DNA from: Parasitella parasitica NRRL 2501
Taxonomy: Eukaryota; Fungi; Mucoromycota
NCBI GenBank assembly: GCA_025201805.1
Contig: MU619261.1
Span: 146,445-210,444 of the forward strand
Reading direction: 5' to 3'
Length of the DNA stretch: 64,000 bases
Part shown: positions 26,394 through 39,884 of the stretch, piece by piece
Layout: every line of letters starts with the position of its first letter
Numbering within the stretch: the first letter of the stretch is position 1
Notes under the pieces: model-generated
Seen by the model: the letters and a program-made list of their open reading frames with translations, nothing else
Databases searched by the model: none
What the model was told of the DNA's origin: nothing
Program-made: the position numbers and the translations under genes

Positions 26394-28116
26394 ATGCGTA
26401 TTAAAATAACAACAGCACTACCTCTACCGAAAAGCCAGTTTTGGTTTGCGATTAACGAAAAGCTAGAGAAACAATCAATTCACCAGCTTACTAAAAAGGT
26501 TGTGGATCAACTTGACCTTTCTACTGATGCAGCTAATCTTAAAATGTTAATGGATGGTTTTCACCTATTGCCACAAACGACAATCAAGGACCTCTTACGT
26601 GACGGCGATCTTGTTCTGTAAAGCAACCTACATCTAATATAACATGGAAGTTGTTTATGTGTACTGGATATATTAACTGTCCTACATTTCTCTATTTTGT
26701 AGAATTAAAGAGGATTTTGTTAAAAAACCTACTACCGCCACAAAAAAGCGAAAATCACGTAAATAACAATGTAAAAAAAATGAGCATTACATGTCACTAA
26801 TAAACTCATCCTAAAGCTGAACAATTAGAAGAAGCTAAAGAAGACAATGCACTGGATGCACGTCCTATAAAAAAGCCAAAAAGGTCCAAATCTAGCATCC
26901 CCAAAGACAGCGTCAAAAATAAGGCAGATACTGTTACGCTCACTCAAAAAGCTGAGAAAAAATCAAAGAAGAAGGGAGAGGAGACAAAGTTGAAAACGAA
27001 AAAAACACCATTAGCTACAAAAGAGAACAAGCAGCAAAGTGCACCTTTTGAAGGGCTTGACAAGACAAAGAAGCGAAATATGCGGCGAAAAACATTAAAG
27101 CAGCATCACCGTATGCTTCAAAGTGAATCTGATATTTCTGTGAGACAGACGAAACAACAGCTTCGACCATTAGAAGAGATTGATCCAGTGCATGAATTAC
27201 ATGTCGAAAAATTAAAGATATCAACCAATGAACCTTCCGAAGGACTCTTGAAAAAGAACAAGAATAAAAAGAAGAATCATTTGAAAGGATCCAAAGCAGA
27301 AAGCAGATTGCATGTCTACTATGAACAGCAAGAAGGCATAGAAACAAATATAGATACGGTTGCCATGGAAACCGTAAATGATGTCTCAAATTCAGGCACC
27401 GTTGCTATGCAAAAAAATAGCACCACAACTACCATAAACAGATCTAATCTTTATGGTCGTGCATTTGTTACCTCTATGGAGTCCGAACCTAAATACAAAG
27501 GCCATCGCGGCCCTGATCGTCAATATCCTATTCACAAAGTTCCTACATTATTTTATGCAGAGGAGCCAAGTCAAGATGAATCATCAGAACCAGCTAAAAA
27601 CATACAGTCTAAAGCCAATACTACAACTGTAATGCCGGTCATGAAAGCCACTGACAAACCAGTTGATTATAACAGCTTCCCAGCTGCTGATTTTGAGTCG
27701 AATATACCTGCTATCGGCGATCTTTTAGCCATCAAGGTAGGCAGTTTCAATTGTTTGTACAGGCGTTTGTGTCAACTGTTTTACAATAGACATTGGAGCT
27801 GACTGCCACTTACACGCCTGAAATTTCAGCTTGGAAGCAAGTTATTCTCAAAGAGATAAATTTACCAAATACAATTACTTTTCAATATATCGAGGGGTTT
27901 GGTAAAACTAGCACTAGAGGCGGTAAATTCGATATTAAAAAACATCAAAAAAAAAGATTTGATAACTGGTATCAAGATGAATATGATGAAACAGAAGATC
28001 AAATACAGGATGAAGAGGAGGACACCGATCTAGTTAATGAAGATGAGCAAGAACAAGATTTGGTTACAGTTAACATTCATGACATATATGACATCAAGAA
28101 CATGTCAAATTTGTAG
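26394..28116 (+). CDS. Coilin-like protein (multi-exon)
   Basis: Ubiquitin-like N-terminus (MRIKI...LLMDGFHLLPQTTIKDLLRDGDLVL), Lys-rich middle with GLDKTKKRNMRRK, and C-terminal PAIGDLLAIK|TLELTATYTPEISAWK resembling the coilin Tudor-like domain. Confidence 0.75.
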
Positions 28117-28129
28117 GGCAAGTTTATTA

Positions 28130-28748
28130 CTATTTTGCTGCCAATTGTTGATATTGCATTTGTAGCTGACCAATCTGTATAATTAAATAAATACTTTGTT
28201 GCTGTTACATATTTACCAAAATTACCTCTTGTTTTTTGGCTTCTGATTTTTGTGTTAAATCATTTAATTGAGCTTCGACACGCTTACTTTTTTTTTTTTG
28301 TCGACAAAAGGGAAACGTAAATAATAGTAGAATCTACAAAATCGAGAAATATAAACTTACATTTCACTCGAGATCAGGTCGAGTCTGTTCTTGACATTGG
28401 TTGAAGCTTCAGATTTATCTTGCTTCACTAAAACAGGGCCGATAAGTTTATAAATGTTGCTTTCATCATCCAAGTTTTCAAATTCCTAGATACACATGTT
28501 AAATCCAAGGCTTTGTTCGAAAAAGATAATATTACAGTGTTGACAAGCTCGTTTTCCTGCTGTTGTGATTCTAAACGTTGTCTTGATTCGATAACTTGGG
28601 AAAGATCTACATGAAGTGGATGTTATAAGAATGTTTCAAGTGCCAAAAAAAAAAAATCAGACGAGGGTAGCAAGGTACCTTTTTGTAATAATTGGAAAGC
28701 CTTTGATTCGGCTTCGAGCTTGGCTTCGATAGCAGATAATGAGCTCAT
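28130..28748 (-). CDS. PFD6: Prefoldin subunit 6 (Yke2/Gim1), 5 exons
   Basis: LEAESKAFQLLQK|DLSQVIESRQRLESQQQENELVNT|EFENLDDESNIYKLIGPVLVKQDKSEASTNVKNRLDLISSE. Confidence 0.95.
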
Positions 28749-28915
28749 TTGTTTATTTATTAAAAGGTATAAAGGCAAAGGAAGGAAGAAATAAGAGGAA
28801 AGGACACGCAAACGTTACATTGTACGAGAAATAAGCCACCACCACCATCATCAACTTTCATGTACGCGTTGATGATTGAGTTTGGATATATACAGAAGAG
28901 GAAGAAAGAAGTTGC

Positions 28916-30025
28916 CTATAAAGCCCTCAATTTAAGCCTTTCAATATCTTGAACTACTTTTTCGATGCTTTCTTCTGTAACCTTGGGTCTCGATTCAAAC
29001 GAGTTTAATTTGAGTGTTGGTGTTGTTGGGGTTGCTGGTCTGAAATCAGCATGAGATTTATGCACTATGTTAACGAAAATCAGCATCTGTACACTTTACA
29101 GTCATTGTAATGCCTACTTTTAAAATAAAATAATTGAATATCAGCAGGATACAATAGCTCTGTCAACGTTGACTTCACCAACTCATCATCTATTTTTGAA
29201 TTACTGTGTGCAGTCCATATTTGATAATTATCTACATTTTGACGACAGGAAACAGATACACCGTACACTGTATTCTTTATCCAATCCATATTCTCTCCAA
29301 TGAGTAAAACCAAAATATCCCTCCAAGCTATAACCGAATGTTGTTTGTTGATTTTAAAATTGTAAGATCCACCATATTCATTATGAGGATCTTCCCTGTT
29401 GCGCTTTTTTGTTACGTTATGACTCGGTAAAAAGCTGAAATTATTACGTACCAAATCGGCTTGATGCCCTTCTTCATAAAATGGAAATTACTCCTGAATC
29501 CAAGTTTATCAGGACCATCAATATTATTATGTACTGCCCAGAATTTCTATAGTGCTCATTAGATGGTATACAGCTACAAGCGATATCTATATCTAGTACA
29601 TACTTGTACTGTTTTCACAGAAGAAATAACTTGTAGATTTGCCTCGTATTCCGTGGCTGGTCGATTAGGTACGAATCTGTTGTATGTGTATGATAAATTT
29701 ATAAAATTGGAATCCGCTTTTATGAGTGATACACTTACTTGTCATACCAAAAAGTCCATTCGTTCTGGAGCGGTATCTCTCCCATGCTTTTTAGCCTTTG
29801 CTTGGTTTCTTTATTCAATATAATGACCTTATTTTTGTAAATATATTCGTCTTTACTATTAGTGTGTGCTAGGGTAATATGATTTAGAGAAGACATTTGA
29901 CCAAAGTAATCTTCAGATGCGGCGGAAGTAACACATTTTAAAGGGCTTTGCGGCTGTTTTCCGGGAAATTGAAAGACTGTGATAGCAGAAGACAGTGGCT
30001 TTAATGTATAATTTGGTGGAGACAT
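28916..30025 (-). CDS. eIF4E-family cap-binding protein, class III (eIF4E3)-like
   Basis: IPLQNEWTFWYDK|FVPNRPATEYEANL...TVQKFWAVHNNI...FHFMKKGIKPIW|EDPHNEYGG...WRDILVLLIGE...YGVSVSCR...YQIW. Confidence 0.9.
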
Positions 30026-30190
30026 CTTATAGTATGTATCTACAAGATGGAAAAAAAAAGAAAGAGAAAGGAGAAAGAAAAAACGTTATAATTTCAATGC
30101 ACTCTACTTTTCGATTTAAACCTCGACAAGAAAGGGGTAAAAGGCAATGCAAGTTTGTATGTAGATTATCATTTTTCTTTCTTCTTCGCC

Positions 30191-31069
30191 ATGAATCTTA
30201 CTGAATCTTATACCCAGTTGGCTCAGCTACGAGTTGATGCATTGCTTCCATCATTGGTTGCAATGCTTTTGGTGAGAATAAACCCAAATGTCCAATACAA
30301 ATAAAGGTGTATTAAAGCTTTTTTCAAGTGCGTAGCGCTTACTGCTTCTAATAATCCTCAAGGCGTTCCTATCATAATGAATCATTATCTGGATCAAGTC
30401 GAATCTGCAGAAGAGCAAGTGAAGTGGATTGAGTATACTCGAAGTGGCATCTTTAAAAGTATTGTACTTTGTGGTGGTCCAAGGGTAAATATATGTAATT
30501 TCATCATTATATTATTTCTGTATTTTATTCTGTATATGATCAGGTAATAAATGCCGAGATAGCGCTTTACAATAATTTGTCTGCTCAGTATCAATCATTG
30601 TTACGAAAAAGAGCTCTCAAGTAGGTCTTTTTATATCATTGAAATGTTGCATTTTGCATAGTAAACAGCTTTAAAAAAAAGCTCACAAGGAAACTCTGCA
30701 GTATGGGATACGCGAGGAATGAATTTTTTTAATCAAGTTTATGGTGTTGAATCAGAAAAAAAATATCAAGTTATTCAAAGGGCTAGCCCGGATTTGTGGT
30801 ATTTTGTAAATGAAGTTTACGGCAACATTGTTTCTGATATGACATATTTGGATGGCATCGATACCGAATTACAAGTAATTGTTAGCTTGATTCAGATAGA
30901 TGCAGGGCCTCAAGTAAGATCTTTCTGTGTCATCATCTAAATAACTTTTATTTACGCAAAAATATAGCTGCAGGATCATATCTTGGGCGCTGAAAGAGTA
31001 GGTGCTACAAAGGAACAAATAAAAGCAGCAGAATTCATTGGTTACAAAGTGAAGCACCTACTGAAATAA
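30191..31069 (+). CDS. AhpD/carboxymuconolactone decarboxylase-like protein (multi-exon)
   Basis: RSGIFKSIVLCGGPR|VINA, RGMNFFNQVYG, PDLWYFVNEVYG, DTELQVIVSLIQIDAGPQ|LQDHILGAERVGATKEQIKAA. Canonical introns. Confidence 0.75.
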
Positions 31070-31801
31070 GGTATTCAAGGTGTTGCAGGATTCCTGAACA
31101 TTATCAAGATTTAAGCTGCATAACAGTATTAGATACGAATAAATAAAAAGAAAAGTGATCTTTTGAGATTAACTTACTCATCCATGCCCTTGAATTTGAA
31201 TTCATCTCCATCAACATTAAAAAAGCGAGGCTTCCATTCAATATTTTTCTGTTCGCGCTCTTTCCTTAGAGTACGTTCTTCATCTTCAACCTTTGTCTTT
31301 TCATCCGTGGCCATATCTTGATTATCCGCTAAAAGCCCTTCAGTTAATTTAGCCCAAAGTCGCCTAGATTCTTTTTCCTCTTGGTTTTCAGGAACTTGCA
31401 GAGGATATTTGACGTAATCACGAACATCGACCATCAGATCAGGCTTCGTTTCTTCTTTAACGCTCTTTTTACCAAGTGACTAAACGTATACTCGTATATT
31501 TAACCTATCCGTCTAATCCATATTTTTGTATTCATGCCTTACCAATAGTCCACTGATACTGCTTTTCTCAGGAGGTGTGTACTTTTTGATAAAAAGTTCC
31601 CCAGACCATTGGCCACTGATCTCATACAGAATTTCTTGAGTAGACTCTCGTTTTATCTTACCAACTACTGAATTGGGTTGGCCAGAAAAGAATCCTTTGG
31701 TTTGGAAATCCAATTCACAAATCAAATCACTTGAAACACATTGAATTGTCGAGGCATCGCCTAATTCTAACGTCATTGTACCAAACCTAAANNNNNNNNN
31801 N

Positions 31802-31857
<56 letters not shown>

Positions 31858-32678
31858 CCCGTTAAACAATATTTGCATTGGAAAAAAAAAAGCAATGAAC
31901 ACTTACAATACACCACGAGCATACATGTTTGGCATCTTTACTTGATATAATTCATCATGCCTTGAAGGCAAGATGAAATTGATGGTACCTTGCATTAAAG
32001 ATGCCACACTGTTGCCATAGAAACGAGATTTGGGTTTCAAATCACCAGTTATTATGACTTTATGTTGTGGACATGTGTAAAAATAAGCTGAAGCAGGTGG
32101 ATGGTGGGACACTTGTTCAGCAATGTAAAACGCTTCAGAATTATCTTGGTATTTGTATTTACAGCGAAAAAATTCACCAAGTACAGGGTTGAATGGCTTT
32201 TTGACGCCCTTTTTTTTCGATAGAGGTTAGATATTTCCAGTGTGAATATAGTAGTAAAGTGCAAATAATACCTTCGGTTTGATATGCCAACCAGACAAAA
32301 ACCATTTAACGACAGCAATGAATCTCTGGGTATCATCCTCAATGTCAGAAACTCTGTACACACAAAAAAAAATAGTGCAGGAATTTAGACCAACTGAAGG
32401 TTCATAAATTAAACAAGACTTACGGTAAAATGAACTCTGGATGTGCCATGAAATCGGTAATTCGCTCAAGCATGCTTCTCGGTTCCAGTACAAATGTTGG
32501 CAATGTTACTCGATGCTATCAACGTTTAATTATTTAACATGTTTATGTTGTACGATAAAAAATCAATTACCAAGTCCATGCCTTTTGTAAGCTGAGAGGC
32601 TATAGCCATGAGGATACTGCGAGACCCCTCTGCAAGTTCCTCTGTGTTGCTTTCATTATCAGCGGTATGGTGAGGCAT
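31058..32678 (-). CDS. Oxysterol-binding protein homolog (Osh6/7-like; multi-exon)
   Basis: KGMDL|[42 protein letters not shown] fingerprint, [15 protein letters not shown]. Confidence 0.95.
31792..31855. other. Assembly gap (10 N) next to a long homopolymer run inside an OSBP intron
   Basis: N run followed by more than 50 A. Confidence 0.95.
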
Positions 32679-34441
32679 TTTTTTTTCTTGGATGTGTGCT
32701 GACAGAAGAAAAGAGAAAAAAATTTAAAGCAAGGTAAGACAGAACAATAAGTGTCCATCTCAAGCCAATCGCATCAAATGAGTCCACTCCGGGCTATGAC
32801 AAGGATACTGTATATGCACTTGGCTAATTCTACTCTTTCAATAATGTATGAAGCAGTTTAAATACAGTCTCTGTGAGTGATTGTGATGCCATGACACGTA
32901 TTATATTACGATAATTCCCATATGAGCATTATCTACGCTTCCAGTCGGATAAAAGTTTTTTCGATTACGAACGTTGTATAAATTTAAGACTGAGTGAAGA
33001 GAGGAAAATGCATTTGAGCTAAATTTTTTTTCCCTATCTTGGGCAAAAAAAAAAAAGAGGAGCTTAATGTTGAAGATGTAGACTATCAAGCCGGAAGCTT
33101 AGAGGCTTTAGCCTTTCGTTGTTTCTAGGTCATATCAATCTATTTCATAGTGAAATAAAGTGTCAAAAATAAGGTTTCATACAATGGTAGACACTTCAGC
33201 TAACTCGGGTCACACATGAAGAAAATTGGGTCCAAACCTGACGTAGAATAAATATAGATTGTGGCCCATTTTGTCATGTATTAGCGATCAATCGTTTACT
33301 ATGTAGCTCATTTTTGATTTCTGATTGGGGTGCTCAGCCCCAAACATAATGACTTGACTTTAGAATCGTTTCTCGATGGTGCGAACAAACGCCAAGTACA
33401 TGTTCATATGCGTGCATTTGGCAATGTAATCGAGATTGTCTCAATAACGATCGCATGTTTATACTTAAAACAGGCTGTTGTACAACCAAGATTTTTATTC
33501 AAACGAGAGCAAAATGCTGGAAACATATTATTTATTGATGGTGATAGAATTGTAAATTGCGTTATAGAAAAATAAGCTTCAAGTAAGTAGCACTTGTATC
33601 CTAAGGGCAAATCATCAATAATATGGATATATGATTTTCGTGTGAATCCAGTTAGACATTATCCTTTGAAAGGCCTTGGCAAAATAAAGGATATCTAAGC
33701 AATATGTTGATGGCAATGTTTTTTTTATAAAAGATTGTTAGGATATTCATATCGTGCGATATTAAGATTGTATTAAAAAGACGGCCTACAAAGCTAACTG
33801 GTGAACATCAAAATTGGCCTTATATAATTAATAATTATCTTTTCTGTTTTATATTTTTCAAATGAAAATACATTATCTCATATGAAGCTTACCAGCTTTG
33901 CATCGTATCGAAGTTACACAGAATGAACATCCGTATACTATGCAAATCGCACAAAATTAGATACGATCAATACAACCATAGTTTATATTTAGCCCGATAG
34001 CGATAAGAACGAAACGCTGAATGACTAATAAAGAGAAGTTTAGTACGTAAGCAAAAGTCAAATTGGAGGCAAAGCTGATATCCTCACCTGACGAATATGA
34101 AGAAACTTATACAATCAATTTGTAATTTTATATATCGGAGCAAGTTGATATAACAAAACTTTGCGCAAAAATCTGATAGATTAAATGTAAAATTGGAATT
34201 TTTGATTTAATTAACCCTTGAAAATTGTCAACCACTTGCTAGGTATAATACTGAAAACATCGGCTGCATGAAGCATCATTTCTCTAGTATTAATTGTCAA
34301 GTTTCTAGTATTTGAAACCATCATTATGTCAGAGTGAATTAGGCACTCGGGATCCAAAAGAGGGGAAAAAGTATAAATACCCTCACAAAGCATTATAATC
34401 AGCTAAAAGAAAATAACTCTATTTTCTATTCTATTTTATAA

Positions 34442-35674
34442 ATGTCTACACCAACTACTTTTCATGGATGGGTCTGTCATGGCAAAGGTAATTCATTGGG
34501 TTACCACACTAAACAATACTGACATCCGTTTGTTTGCTAGATGAGCCAATGAAATGGGAGAAAATGAAGCTTCGTGCTGAAGATGATTACAGTGTCGACA
34601 TGGATGTCACTGATTGTGGTATCTGTGGCTCTGACATACACACAATGGACGCCAACTGGAGTCAGCCAAAATATCCTGTCTGTGTTGTAAGTTTGTTCTC
34701 CAACTTATACTAATCATCTGATTTCCTCAACTGGATTTTTTTTTGTAGGGCCATGAAATTGCTGGTATCTGTACTCGCGTTGGTTCCAAAGTGCATAATG
34801 TGAAGGTAGGCGATCGAATCGGTGTAGGAGCTCAATCCGGCAGTTGCCATCGTCCGGAATGCACTGCCTGCTCAACAGGTTGGGAAAATTTGTGTCGCAC
34901 GCATTTCACAGGCACTTACAATGGCGTCTGGCCTAACGGCGATAAATCTTATGGCGGCTATGCCGACAAATGGAGAGGAGATTGCCGCTTTGTCTTCAAA
35001 ATTCCAGACAATTTGTCTAATGAGGTTGCTTGTACATTCTTTTGTGCTGGTGTCACCACTTATGGCCCACTTAAAAGACATAACGTCAATGCTGACTCTG
35101 TGGTCGGTGTAATGGGCATTGGTGGTCTTGGCCATTATGGAATATTGTGGGCGAAAGCAATGGGTGCTGAGGTGGTTGCTATGTCTCATAACGACAAGAA
35201 ACGCGATGTAGCTTCTGAGCTTGGCGCTGACGACTTTATTGTCACTAGTGATCCAGACTCCTTGGCCAAATACAAGGGCAAGCTTTCTCATATTCTTTGT
35301 ACTGGCACTGGCCAAGACTTTAAGTGTAAGTATTACTTATTAGTATACGGCTAAAAGCAGACTGGATGTTCTAAATATACCAACGTATAGGGGAGACTTA
35401 TACTCGACTTTTTAGACCTAATGGTATCTTTATTAACGTCGGTCTTCCTGAATGGAACTTTCCCGACATTTCTCCTATGCTCCTCTCCATGAGCCAAGTA
35501 ACTATTTGTGGTTCTGCTATTGGCTCTCCTGCCGAAATCGAGGATATGCTTTGCTTTGCTGCCAAGACTGGCGTGAAGCCATATCTTCAAACTTATCCCA
35601 TGAAAGAGGCACCTCAAGCCGTTGCGGATTTCAAGGCTGGCAAGCCTAGATTTAGATTTGTTTTGAAAAATTAA
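34442..35674 (+). CDS. Zn-dependent NADP(H) medium-chain alcohol dehydrogenase (CAD/Adh6-like), 4 exons
   Basis: CGICGSDIH, GHEIAG, GDRIGVGAQSGSC...C..C......C structural Zn site, CAGVTTY, GIGGLGH, GSAIGS, RFRFVL. TATAAA at 34372. Confidence 0.96.
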
Positions 35675-36123
35675 AAAGATTTGCTTGTGTATTATACTAA
35701 TGCTTCTCGTCCTTCTTTTTTTGCTACATTGAATAAAAACACGATTTTCTTGTATTACCTTCTCATGGTTACAAAGTACAAAGCTGAAGAAATACTGTGT
35801 GGGGAAACACTATCTTTTTTTTTTTTTTTTTTCATTTTATATGATATTTTTCCCAGAGTAGGTTATACAAGTGGAAGGCACAGAAAAAGATGAAATTGAC
35901 ATTGAAGCATAAACCAAAGTAGTTTAAGATATTAAAATGCCAAATTCTTCTGGGCCGCAAATGGGTTTTACAGGAGAAACATGAAGTTGTAATTTTATTG
36001 AAAAATATTTGTTTGTTGTTGAAAGATAAAACACAAAATGCAAGAAGCTAAGAGGGATGTTGCTATATTATAAATGACGTTGGGACAGTATTGAATGCAA
36101 TGAATGAAAGGGGAAGGGAATAA

Positions 36124-37607
36124 TTAAATGGTTAAATGGCCAGCACTGTAATATTGCTGATAGTACTGATTCCAGCCATGGAGCCCACCTCCAGGCTCAC
36201 CACCAGCAGGGTCGGTGGTAGGAGCAGGGGGTCGCATTGTAGTATGATTCTCATACGTATTTGTGATTTGATTCACTAATTTGCTAGGAGGGACATACCC
36301 AGAAGAGAACACATTGTATGATCTTGTCATGTTGTCTTGGCTATCGGTGCGTTGGATATTTCTATCCTTTACCCAGCCTAGACGCACAGTTTCGCCTGCA
36401 ATAATGACACCTTGCAAAGCAAAGATGGCCGTGGCTGCATTTGCATGTGTGTCTAATTTGACGATAGCTTCACCCCTCTTGATGTGAATATCTGTAACAA
36501 AGCCATACTGTTGCAGATGAGGGGCAATGTCTTGGGATATAGCATTCTTTGGTAGTCCACGAATAGAAACGGATGTATTGTATAAAGGTGTCTGAGCAAA
36601 GATCTCTTCATATGACATGTTTGATAGGGTAACATTATTATCGCTATCAGTTGACGAACGCCTTGAGTGAGCTGATGAGACGCTGTTCAGATCACTGTTA
36701 TCAAACGATGAGGATAGATGCCAGCGACAATGGACACGAGATGAGCCAATGAGTGCGCCGTCCATATGGCGAAGAGCATCCTCAGCATCTGATTTCTTTT
36801 CAAATGTAACAACACCTTCACCTGGGCCTATCACACGTGCGTTGCTATAATAGTCGTCGTAAGCATTGTATATTCCCATGTTTTACACTTTGAATGCAAC
36901 GTACCACACATGAAACCTTTTAAAAGCATTCCACAATCCAGAGTCATCGATATTGTGATCCAAATCAGTGATAAAAACTTGGTTTTCGGCGGTTGCAGCT
37001 TGGTCATTCCAGTTTACAGCAATTTCCTATTGTGCAAATAGAAGATAAATGAGTACATTGCAACGACGCTTGTCGCAGTTATTTCATATAATTACCTGGC
37101 TATAAATAGTACGTTTGTCCATCGCATGCAACGCTTGTTCAGCTGCCTGATGCTCATGGAATTCGACAAAACCGCAGTTTAAGCCATTCTACAAGAGAGA
37201 CAAGTTGTCAGATCAAGAAGGTGATTTGCAGAAATAAAGCAAGATTTGGGTTATCAGGGGGGGGGAGATACATGAAAATAAGTAATGAATTGATCTAATC
37301 TAGCAAGTTTTTGATCTGCCACTAAAACTTCTTGGCCTTAGCCATTAGACACAAAAAAAAAAAAATCATAGTACAATCGGTAACACGAAATAGCTTAAGT
37401 GTGAGAAAATTACAAATCCCAGGTAACCCCGATATTTGCTTTTTTGTAAAATGGAAAGGTTGATATACTTACATTGCTGTTATCTTTTGTTATCTTGATA
37501 TTGACAATTGGAGAAATCAATGAAAATATTCCTTTCAATGCGTCTTCAGTTACTCTTGGGTCCAAATTGGTAATAGTTAGGGATCTTTCGTTATTAAACT
37601 CTGTCAT
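36124..37607 (-). CDS. Three-RRM RNA-binding protein, divergent Pub1/TIA-1-like
   Basis: RSLTITNLDPRVTEDALKGIF, NCGFVEFHEHQAAEQAL, EIAVNW, VFITDL, SYEEIFAQTPLYNTSV, KLDTHANAATAIFALQG...VRLGW, and a WNQYYQQYY tail. Confidence 0.85.
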
Positions 37608-38359
37608 TTCTTATAAATGGTATTTTTCAAAATTGAGAAAAAATTTTATGAGGAGGAAAGAGAGTTCAAATCGTAAATCAAGCACCTTTTATACTAACTG
37701 TGTCAGTGTATTAGCCTACCTTAAATGGACTAGTGCTACCCTTTATTCTTTATCAACAAAAATGGGTTCAGTACGTCACTGAATCCGTGATGATTGGATG
37801 TTTAGATCTCGGCACATTATTCTCCACCTTTTACTTTTTTATTTTTAGAAAATATGGATTATTAAATCAGAGCAGAAATTGGACTAAACACTAGGAGTTT
37901 ATAGGCTTGTCAGCGAAGGGAAAACAAAAAAAGACATAATGTTAAGCTTAATTTCTTTTGTATTGAAGAGTGATCTTCAATCTTGTAAATGCGGTCATTT
38001 TGAAAATATATTAATATGCCTATGGGTTATTATATACTTTATAAAGCCCCAGCCCTGAAGCTTGTCTCCGGATCAAGTTTTTTTTTTCAGTTTAAAAAAA
38101 AAAAAATTCTTTATTCGCAAAATTCTCCTCAATGACGAACTATGCATACAATCGACCTTCAATGCAAATTTCCTTTTCAACAGAAAGTGAAAAAAAGGGA
38201 AGAAATGTGCATCAACCTTACTGACGTGCTCATCTGATTTTTATATGTCTTGCACCGGAGATTTAGGAGAAATAAATATTCCCTAATGACTGAAAATTTT
38301 CCTATATAATTCTTTTTGTAACAATGGTTTGATCTTTTTCTTTTCAGTTCGATAAAATC

Positions 38360-39884
38360 ATGGATTTTAATCATATCCAGAGCACTGCTGTAGGCCCAGA
38401 GCCTTTGCCTTCATTAATGTACATTGACGGCCCTCCCCCGCATCAGCCCCAAACAAAGAAACGACCGAATAAAGTGCATGTGTCGGCTGCATGTGTAAAG
38501 TGATTGACATAAAAATAAAAACTCCTTGAAAATCACTAAATTTTTTTTTACTTAGATAAACTGCAAAAAAGCGCATTTAGCTTGTGATGGTAAAAGTACA
38601 AGCTGTCGTTGAAAGTGTCCTGTCTAATTCTTTCCAAATTCAGTATCGCGACCTTGCAATCGATGCATTAGTACCGACAAAGCAGACTCATGCCGTGACA
38701 TCCAACATAAAAAGAGAGGTCGACCAAAGATGATGAGAGATGCAAATAACAATAAAATTCGACCTGTACCAAACACTCCACCTGCTGCTCCAAGTCATCC
38801 GTTGATCACTAATAACAACATGCCAGGGCCCAATGTTGATTACTTTCCCATCACAGCAGCGGCAGCACCGTCAAATGAGATTATGGCGGTAAAGTATGCG
38901 TATTTGGTAGCCTTATTTTTCTCTGTTTGTAACACCCTATAGATACTTTTATCGATGGATCTATGCTGTGCAAGAGTATCTGATAAATCACTAGAATATT
39001 TGGAATTATACCCTCAAGAATTCAGTCATCGTTCGTTGTATGATTTGTTGTCAGGAGATAATCAGCAAAATTTATCAAGACTACATCGCTGCTTGCTAGA
39101 TAACGCAATTCAACACCAAAAAACAAGGTTACCTAATGATCTCATACGATCATCAAGCGAAAATTTTTTTGCATCAACGCTTGACAGTTTACTTAATATT
39201 GCAAACGGCTCATTGACGCTGAAGCAGAAGCTTAAATTTCGTAGAGGTCGTGATGCTAGTGGCTTCGAGGAAATGGATTGCAGGTTCTATTTAGGGGGCG
39301 GTTTTGGTGCTGATCTATTCGATGCATCGACCTTTGATCAACTGTACATTGTCTGTATTGCGTCTCCTGCTGTCAATACAATTAGCATTAGCGATGTTAT
39401 TCATTTGCCTCCATTGATTCTCAACAATAATGAATCGTGCTCAACTCTATCCTCCCCCGTCTCTCCTGTTGCTGCTCAGATCAACATGCCATCACCAGAA
39501 CAGATAAAGCCCGTAAATGAAAGCGAATCAGATGATATGAATGATAATGATGACAATAGCGGCACAAAACAAGCAGCTGCAACCAATACTAATATCAGTA
39601 GCAATACAATTAAGCTTCCTTTTATTTCCAATCAACAAGTATTCCTCGAATCTAACAGTAACAGTACAAAGTCTGCGCTAGACAGATTTCGCTATAACAC
39701 CAAACCCCCATCTCAACAGTTTATTCACCCAAATGAATTGTATTATTTACAGACTACTTCCAGCAGACTTTCGTCAGAAGCCATTGCGCATACGGCCTAT
39801 CCCTATTTGTCTAAATCCCCTGCTTCTGTCGCTGCTATTGGAAGTGGTCCACTTGCAAACTATAACACCCATTTCAAAAAATAA
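38360..39884 (+). CDS. Zn2Cys6 transcription factor with PAS-like region (4 exons)
   Basis: Spliced AC|INCKKAHLACD|VSRPCNRCISTDKADSC...KKRGRPK. Downstream LSMDLCCARVSD...LYPQEFSHRSLYDLL PAS-like segment. Confidence 0.9.

Noticed and set aside
31513-31902. Poly-Phe ORF
   Set aside because: Translation of an intronic homopolymer next to an N gap; the run length is probably an artefact.
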